A stretch of 64,000 nucleotides of DNA, from positions 1,659,979 through 1,723,978 of the forward strand of contig CAVNZM010000007.1 of the NCBI GenBank assembly GCA_963693365.1. The letters are read 5' to 3'. A program made the translations under genes and the position numbers. Below, piece after piece: positions 37,004 to 64,000 of the stretch. Within the stretch, counting starts at the first letter, position 1, and every line of letters begins with the position of its first letter. Source of the stretch: Amoebidium appalachense (lineage: Eukaryota; Protista; Ichthyosporea). The notes under the pieces are model-generated. The model was not told the DNA's origin. It ran no database searches and worked only from the letters and a program-made list of their open reading frames with translations.

Positions 37004-37483
37004 CAATACCTCACCCTCACCTACCCTCTCAGCCCACCGCTGTTTGCGCCTAGGCCCACATATTTACTGCACTATCGAGCAAAAATTAACTGTGGCAATT
37101 TCCAACCCCCTGCCCCTCCCCCGCGCGCCCACCCGCCCGGCCGCCCGCCACCTTCCTACACACACAAAAACACCACCTCCCCTTGACTTGATTCTCTTTT
37201 CCTTCCCCCCTCCTCTCCCCCCCCCAAACCCCCGGCCTCCTTCCGAGTCCTCGGTACCCCCTTCCCCTCTCTCCGCCCCCCCTCTCAAACATTTACACAA
37301 GTTTGCCCACACGACCCCCTCCTCCCCCCTCCCCTTCCCCCCCCCGGGCTTCCCTGCGCTACCCTTCCACCTGTGTTGTTCGTCGTGAATGACATTGTGT
37401 GTTTCGTACTCTGTAACTTTTTCTAACCAACCCCCTCTCCCTCCCCCCCCCTCCCCCCCCCCCCCCCCCACTTCCCCTCCCCC

Positions 37484-37544
<61 letters not shown>

Positions 37545-37744
37545 CTCTGTTATGAAGGCAGCCAAGGAAGCCGACAGCAACACGATCGTTAAGGTGATTC
37601 TTGAGACGTGCCTGCTGACCGACGAGCAAGTGCACAAGAGCTGTCTGGTGTGCAAGGAGGCTGGTGCTGACTTTGTGAAGACTTCGACTGGATTTTCTAC
37701 TGGCGGTGCCACCCCACACCATGTGAGGTATGCATTGTTTTTGC

Positions 37745-37794
<50 letters not shown>

Positions 37795-37927
37795 TGGGGG
37801 GGGGCGGCCCCAAAAGAGAAAAAAAAATACTCCACCCCACTTTACCGTCCCCACCCCCCTCCTCCCCTCTCCCCCTCCCCCCCCCCCCCCCCCCCCACCC
37901 ACCCACCCACCCACCCACTCACCCGCG

Positions 37928-37961
<34 letters not shown>

Positions 37962-38108
37962 CCCACCCACCCACCACCCCCACCTCACCCACCCACCCCA
38001 CCTGCCCACCCGTTCTTCCAACCGATAGTAGTATGCGGTCCAAGTTGATTGTTAATCAAGTATGTGCATTGAGTTGCCTGTCCCACTGGACTACACAACA
38101 TCCACCCT

Positions 38109-38139
<31 letters not shown>

Positions 38140-38199
38140 GGGGAAGAAGGGTGTGGTGTGGTGCGTGCGTGTGTGTGGGGGGCTCAAGTTGGGGTTTGT

Positions 38200-38243
<44 letters not shown>

Positions 38244-38717
38244 CTCTGCAAGCCTGACTGCCTTTAGATTCCGATCCTCTGCTGAGTCTTCTTCAAACCA
38301 ATTCCCCTCACCACATTCGCCACCTCCCCCCCCCCCCCCCACCCTGTAAAACAAGTCGTCTTCACCCCACCACACACCGTGCACCATCACGCTTCCCCCC
38401 CCACCACCACCACCACTACCACCCCACCCCCACCCCCACCCTCCTCGCCCCCCTTTCCGGAAGAGAAAAAACTCGTTACATGTGCTCTCCATCTTCATTG
38501 TGTTGTCCGTGACACATTCTAACCCTCTTCCTCCCCCCCCCCCCCCCCCCCCAGCATTATGCGCGCGGCTGTTGGTCCCGATGTTGGTGTTAAGGCGTCT
38601 GGGGGTATCCGTGACCATGCAAGTGCTGTGGCTATGGTTCAGGCCGGGGCAAACCGCCTGGGCTGCAGCTCTGGCCTGGCCATTGTTAAGGGGGGCACCT
38701 CAACGAGCAGCTATTAA
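35792..38717 (+). CDS. deoC: 2-deoxyribose-5-phosphate aldolase, short (DeoC type 1-like) form, 230 aa
   Basis: Exons 35792-35944, 36380-36586, 37558-37727, 38555-38717 (TAA). Motifs: [44 protein letters not shown], Schiff-base lysine [24 protein letters not shown] and a C-terminal Tyr. Confidence 0.96.
36685..37060 (+). repeat. 49-bp perfect direct repeat in deoC intron 2
   Basis: caccctcacctaccctctcagcccaccgctgtttgcgcctaggcccaca at 36685-36733 and 37012-37060, each preceded by poly-C and (CA)n. Confidence 0.9.
37371..37428 (+). mobile_element. 5'-truncated copy of the intronic element (deoC intron 2)
   Basis: ctgtgttgttcgtcgtgaat..gtgtttcgtactctgtaactttttctaacc followed by a C-rich tract. 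Confidence 0.7.
38496..38524 (+). mobile_element. Short, internally deleted copy of the intronic element at the branch-point position of deoC intron 3
   Basis: cattgtgttgtccgt joined to gacacattctaac. CTAAC at 38519-38523; acceptor AG at 38553-38554. Confidence 0.6.
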
Positions 38718-39596
38718 TATTACTCAGGGCCTCTTATTAGCTCACTACGGTGGGGTTTAACGGTGATGTTTCACTGGATGAGACGTGACTGATCTAGCCA
38801 AATAGAAATTCGTTAATTTTTTTAAAAGGCGCGCATATATCTTGTGACCCTCAGGCTGTGCACCTAGCAAGTCTCTTATTATTTATGGTAGCCTAGTGAT
38901 AAGATGGTTATTTTATTTACAAATTTAGCCATGTAGGCCCATAACTGGGGCCACATAGTCAATATAAAATACATGATGCTCTGCTGCAACGATCGGCATC
39001 AGTGCCTGTGAAATCGGTTGTGTGCAGATACTCGCAACTCAAGAACAGTGAGTACATGCCTACCATGCACTATACTCGTGCAAATTACCCTTTCGTGCAA
39101 TGATCAGTGCACAAGCTCTCGATACTAAAGACAGAAGGCTTTGTGATCAGCATGTACAACTTCGTTTTAATTCCGACTTTTTATGTGCAAGGGATCAAAT
39201 GTTATGTTGAGCTCAGCTGAGCCCTGCCCTCCTCCCCCCTCCCCCCCCCCCCCCCCCCCCGCCCCCCTTCCCTCCCTCAACACGCACGTGCGCCCATCCC
39301 CCCCCCCCCCCCCCCCCCCTCCCCCCCTCGGAGTCCCCCCCACCCCACCTCCCTCCCTCGATACACAAGTGTGCTACCACCGCCACCACCCCCATACGCA
39401 CAGCATGGCTTTGGGGCCGATGTTGGCCCATGTAATGTCATTTGGGCCGCCAAAATTCAAATGGGGCCGACGTCGGTTCCCCAAAATCCAAGCTGCATGC
39501 AGCTGCAGGTCGGCCCAGGTCAGGTGACCTGCTTCGGGTTGCACGGCCGGCATGCGTGATCTGTGAAGACATGCATATGTTGCCCCCCACCCCCCC

Positions 39597-39650
39597 ACCG
39601 GTGTGGAAGTTCGATGTCATTGACTTCCAGGCCAACCGAGCCATTGCGCT

Positions 39651-39702
<52 letters not shown>

Positions 39703-40107
39703 ACCCCCCCCCCGGGGATCTGGAAGAGGCAATACGCTCTATAACATGCTTGGGTTTACAAGGGGCGTTTTCATGACACCCAACAGCCGTTCGTGACCAT
39801 CCATGTATATATTCTACTCATTAGTAAATATATGTTGTACCAGCTAGGCCAGCTCATCACTTTCAAAGTTTAAAAAACCTCAAAAAACCGGCTGCAGTTG
39901 TAACTTATTGTCAACTCGGTAGGGTTGTTGCTCCGATCCAGCTAGATATCCCGGATTGGATCCGGCATGAAATCTAAAAAATTGAAGGCCGAGGCCTAGG
40001 GGCGCCGGCAAGAGTACTCTGGTGCTGGTGATATCGGTATCATGTGGTGCACGTGACATGCTTGATGTGCGTGTGTCACATTTGACGTCTTTTTTTTTTT
40101 TTTTTTT

Positions 40108-40138
<31 letters not shown>

Positions 40139-40205
40139 GGGGAAGGTTGGGTTGCATGGCTCGGTTGGCCTGGAAGTCAATGACTCATTGAACTTCCACA
40201 CTGGT
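39597..40205. repeat. Inverted repeat pair (~50-bp arms, extended inward by C and G runs), MITE-like or fold-back
   Basis: 39597-39646 accggtgtggaagttcgatgtcattgacttccaggccaaccgagccattg matches the reverse complement of 40154-40205 with few differences. No target-site duplication is evident. Confidence 0.85.
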
Positions 40206-40354
40206 CGTGAAAGAACCCGAGTTTGTATTATCTGCAGCATTGAATATTGGTTTGCTTTGCATACAGCCCAGCTGTGCATACATTCCGGAGAGATGTGTCC
40301 GCACATTCAAGCAGCTACTGTAGTCCAGATATGCCATCCACTATTTACATTGTC

Positions 40355-40550
40355 AAAAACTATCTAAAAAGAACTACCAAAGCAAACTATCTAACGCAGT
40401 CTAACACGAACTATCCAAGGCAAACCATCCAACAAGAACTATCCAAGACACGAACCGTTCAATATGAACTTTCGTTACAAGGTGAGTTCTCCAAGATAAT
40501 TTTTAACTATCAAACATGAACTACAGAAAACGAACCATCCAAGAGGAACC
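40355..40550 (+). repeat. Degenerate short tandem repeat, unit approximately GAACTATCCAAG(N)
   Basis: Repeated aactatcta, gaactacca, gaactatccaag, aaaccatccaac, gaactatccaag, gaaccatccaag. Confidence 0.7.
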
Positions 40551-40562
40551 AGCACGTCTCCC

Positions 40563-40597
<35 letters not shown>

Positions 40598-40774
40598 CCT
40601 TCCTCCCCTTTCCCCCCAACCTATTGCCGGACACACCAAAGTCAATCCAACCCAAAACTACGCCATCTACAGGTAATATACCATCTACTTTCGAGCATTT
40701 ACACCATGTGATTCACCAAAAAAGACACAAGATGGCAAAAATACCCATCCACCGCTCTCTCCACACACACATCT

Positions 40775-59511
<18,737 letters not shown>

Positions 59512-60300
59512 TTTTCTTGCTCTGGGCGTAAAAAGCCCACCTCCGTGCACTTCAGGGTTTTCGCCTGTGATGTTTCTACAATATCACGTCTACAAGGTCC
59601 CTCTTTGGTCTTGCATTTCTGTCTGCCAATGTGGGCTAGAGCCCACCTCCGGTGCTATTCACACTGCGTATATTGTATTAGATTTGTGTATGGGTGCTTG
59701 ACTTAGTGCTACCTTGGAAAATCTCTGGCCTAACTTTAGTACCGCTACGTAAAACAAAGGCGAGCTCTACACTACGAACCAACGTTAGTGGGGGGTGGAG
59801 TTGGAGCGCGTATGACTTGACAAACGCTGGCGGGTCCTAGGATGGAAACATTTCGGGTAGGGGGGGCTTAAAAGCCCAAAAAAAATAACAAATGGGATCA
59901 TGGGAGGGGTTTTGGAGAAATACGGCACTTATCTAGTAGGGCGAGATATCTCTTATCTCGAAATAATAATATCTCGGGGACCTTACATGCCCCGTGTCTG
60001 TCCCAGAACATATAACTGTGTATGCAAGGAGAGCCCAAGCGTCTCATAGCAACTTTGGTTACACGTGTGTGTTTGATATTGTGGAAAGAGTGGTGAATAT
60101 AGGCACCACAATCTTAGATTACACTGGCATGGCTGTTGGTGGCCAATACGGATGCGCATCAGATACTACAGGCCCGCATGGTCATTACACACACGCATGA
60201 CACACACACACGCACACACGCACACACGCACACAACACACACACACGCACGCACACACGCACACACACACGCACACACGCGCACACACACACGCACACGC

Positions 60301-60361
<61 letters not shown>

Positions 60362-62060
60362 CGCGCACGCGCGCGGAGAAAAATCCATGCACACATTTGA
60401 CATGCGAACACAGACAGTCACACATGTTAAACACCCCTCAGCCGTGCATACCTATAGTAGCTGCTTTTTAGCTATAGACTGAGCCCCTCAAACAAACATG
60501 GCAGAGCAATCGGGCTGTATGTATTATTTACATAAAGCCTTAGGGGGACTTTTCTAGTTTCCTACGGCGTTGATCTAGAGACGGGGGGGGATCTAATTAC
60601 TATATTTCTCCTTTTAAGATCAAAAATGCATACACACTCCCACGCACACCGTGCAAGCAACCAGCTGCCGATACATATACAACCGTACCCTTTTCCCCTT
60701 CCCCCCCCCTCCCCCCCCCCCTCCCCCTCCCCCCCCCCCCCCCCCCCCCCAACCCCCAACACACACACACCCTTTTTCCTCCTCCTCCGAACCCATTCCC
60801 TGCGACTCCCTGCCCCCCTCACGAGTCCCCCTCTCAATGGTACACACCTGTATACATTAAATACAAACACCACCCACTGGGCATGAACCACCCACCCAGC
60901 CCGAACTTTTAGCACTTTCACTGTGGCCGCATGTCGAATATCGGGTGTGTTCAACTGTAGCTTTCTTTTCTTTCTTTCTCAAACGAACTTTGAGTATTTA
61001 GCACAAACACCCACCCCTGCAGCTCTTTCGATCATTTAGTCCAGTATCCTACCGTATTCTGCCCCCTGCACTCTGCTGTTCCATTCCTACTTGCCTGCAC
61101 AGTGTCTTGAAATCTTCCTGGCCACCACGTGCGCAAAGATCAGGGTGCGGAGAATGGGGGGGATGAGGGGGGGAGGGGGGGGGGGGGGGGGGGGGAAGGG
61201 GGGAGAGTGAAGTGGGGGGGAACCGTGTGCATGCGGGCAGCAAGAATCAACACACGAGCCTCTGAGGACGGACGGTGATAAATTTGCTCTTCTTCGAGCG
61301 GCTTTTTTCGGTACCGTCGTGTAAAGGCTACAATTTTTGTTCGTGAGTAGTAGTGGCTTTAGTGGCTTATGCTGCTTTATTAGTACCCTCCATACACATG
61401 ACGTCACTGGCTGCACCTGGTTGGCTCAGCTGTGCTGAGACATCCAATTTGGCCGTTGGGGGAGGGTTAGGGCCCATCGACATGTCCGTAGAAATAAAAG
61501 GCTAAAAACCGCGGAATTCTTTGTGCTCCTTCCTTTTTTGTATTTACTTGTAGTTTAATGGTTGAGATAGCCTAAAATATGCAGCTCTTGTCTGCACGCG
61601 GTGTAGGTAATCGGGTTTTTTTAGCTCACATGCAGGCCGCATGCTGCAAAAGGGGAGATAATCCCCAGTCATACACAGTTCCGTAGGACCCCCCCCCCCC
61701 CCCCCCCTTTCCCCGCCCCGCCCACTTTTTTTTAGCTGGAGGTGGGTGGGTCTTACTGAACCAAAATCTGGATTTTTGCATTTGGGTACCCCTAGTTTCT
61801 GGTAATGGTTTTCTGCTTTCTGAACAGAAGAACTTTCTTGTTTGATATAGGGGTCAATAAGTCCCTTCTGCCCCCCCCCCCCCCCCCCTCCCGGGGCTCA
61901 GCCTCCGGCCGGGGGTTTTAACCGTTATTATATGTATCGATAGATACCCTTGCTCTGATGATGGTAGTCTGATATGGTCGTATTCAAGTTGGATAAAGCC
62001 GAAAATTTATAGCATTATGCTTACATAGTATAGGGGCCAACTCACTTAATGCTTATAAGC

Positions 62061-62110
62061 TGCCCCCACAGGGCGGTTATTTGCCTGCCCCCACACGGTG
62101 ATTATTTGCC
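62061..62110 (+). repeat. 25-bp tandem duplication
   Basis: tgcccccaca.ggYgRttatttgcc x2. Confidence 0.85.
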
Positions 62111-62312
62111 TTTGACTATTTCAGGTGGTTGTTTATAATCAAAGTCCCGCATGGTACAGTGAATATGGGCACCCGTTACTAGGATATGCATTAGCCCCTG
62201 CTAATGATATCGTGAGGTTCTAACGTTAGTTCAGACGACATAAATTCTTTTACTAGAGTGAAGACAAATGTTTTGGTTGGTGGTTATGAAGATCATCCCC
62301 TCACCAACAGAT

Positions 62313-62378
<66 letters not shown>

Positions 62379-62944
62379 ATCCGGACCCCCTTCTGTTAAC
62401 CCTTAATTCTATTTTGCCCCCCCACACACCCAAGCAACTCATGCCCCCACTTTCACCCGTTAAACTGCGCCCACACACTGCTCAACAGCCCCCCCTCCCC
62501 CCCCTCCCCCCCCCCCCCCCCCCCCGGCCCTGGCCCGCCTAAGCTTGAAGGCTATTGATTTGAGCCGTGTTATAGGCTGCGCCTCGTGATAGATCATCCG
62601 ATATGGACATGCCTGTCACATGCGGTATAGCACACTGGGGTGTTGCAACTAACCTATTATAATATATGTTCAGGGACTTGTGGGGACCCTACCTCTACCC
62701 CCGGAGGAGGGGGGGCGGGGGGGTAGGCAGTCTAACAAGGGTCCGAGTTGTCAGAATCCACATGTATTAATGTTTGGGGGGTAGCGGGCAGGGGGGGGGG
62801 GAGGGGGGGGGGGGGGGGGGGGGGGATTCCAGACGCTGATGTTCAAATGCATTTGTATACCGTTGTGTTGGGAAGGGGGATGGGTAGGGGGGGGGGGGGG
62901 GGGGCAGGGGAACTTCAATTGCAAGGGTAATATTAGTGGAGCAC

Positions 62945-63062
62945 TTCACAAAGTACAACTATACCGTGACGATGAGAAACACGGCGCAGGACACGATGTC
63001 ATCAAGTATGCAGCATCAGCAACGTGCGCAGTATGCAACATAATACGAGAACATCCTTAGGC
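62945..63062 (-). mobile_element. Diverged copy of the element outside the annotated genes
   Basis: Minus strand cctaaggatgttctcgtattatgttgcatact resembles cctgaggatgggctctgcttattatgcatact, and ttctcatcgt..gttgtacttt resembles the copy at 49221-49295. Confidence 0.5.
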
Positions 63063-63674
63063 TCTGAGGCGGCCTAAAGCATTTGGGGGAAGTTCAACCG
63101 GGCCAGGGGGAGGGAGGGGCCAGGGGGGAGAACAGAGGTGACCGTCCGGGCAGTCGCCGGGGGGCCCAGGGGGGGGGGGGGGGGGGGGTGGGGAGGGGGG
63201 AGTGGGGGGGGGGGGAGGGGGGGAGTGGGGGGAGGGGGGAAGCAAGACTTGTTCCCATAGTTTCAGGGCGGTGCACACTTGTGTATAATACATGTGTGTG
63301 TGTGGGCACTCAGGGGGAGGCGTACTAGGGGGGGTGGGGAGGGGCAAGGTGTGTGTGTGTGTAAAAGGGGAGTCTCGGGGGAGGGGCCGGGGATCCGGAG
63401 CTGGGGGGGGCAAGAATCTGAAACTATTAGTGTGTGATTGTTCACTTCTCATGGATGTGTGAGCCACAGCGCTAGCAAGGGGGTGAGAAGGGGGGGGGGG
63501 GGGGGGCACGACTTGAGAGCAAGGTCAAATCTTTTCCATGCACAGTCAGTATAACGGCCATGTCTCAAATTCGAGTTGTGGGTGGGTGGGACCGGGGGGG
63601 AGGGGGCGGGCGGGGGAGGAGGAGGCTCCACATGACATTGCAATTCCATGTCTGCTTTTTTTTTTTTGGGTAGC

Positions 63675-63725
<51 letters not shown>

Positions 63726-64000
63726 AAATTCGTCGTGCACTGTGTGTGAGCCCAGGGAGGGAGGGAAGGATGGGGGGAAGGGGAGTGAGGGGGACAAAAT
63801 GGACGACAACCTTGTTTCGGGGTATGTTTGAGGTGCGGGAATGAGGAGGGGGGAGGGGGAGATCTCTAGGAGGTGGGGGAAATTGTTTTGTGTGAGGGGT
63901 GAAGGGCCTTGGGTGGGAGAGGGAGGACATGACTCGAGTGTATGATTGGAGGCACTACTCGAGCACAATGATCAAAAGAAGTGCAGTGTGGGTGTGGGGG

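Noticed and set aside
38482-38760. ORF 38482-38760 as the last deoC exon
   Set aside because: Wrong frame. The spliced frame from 38555 gives VKASGGIR and stops at 38717.

Overview
Intron-rich eukaryotic genomic DNA. The introns are packed with poly-C/poly-G runs (up to 68 nt) and (CA)/(GT)/(GA) microsatellites, so almost every entry in the ORF track is a low-complexity artefact. Splicing by hand at GT-AG sites with phase checks gives five genes: the 3' part of a plasma-membrane Ca2+-ATPase (PMCA, +, 596-7694); an MPP11/DNAJC2-type zuotin with two SANT domains (-, 16 exons, ~633 aa); WRAP73/WDR8 (-, 13 exons, ~448 aa); a short DeoC-type deoxyribose-phosphate aldolase (+, 4 exons, 230 aa); and symplekin (-, 20 exons, ~1280 aa, one apparent homopolymer frameshift). 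The protein features fit a unicellular animal relative, but that is inference only. The main unexplained structure is a ~155-bp dispersed element with about 15 copies. All 14 intragenic copies are intronic and co-oriented with the host gene. Copies are variably 5'-truncated, keep a 3' end of consensus ACACATTCTAAC joined to a C-rich tract, and in several introns that end sits where a distant branch point would be, upstream of weak AAG acceptors. Other observations are a duplicated SANT exon fragment with many synonymous changes, an inverted repeat carrying a palindromic AP-1-like core, and a CCAAT-rich divergent promoter. All alignments were done by eye and no database searches were run.
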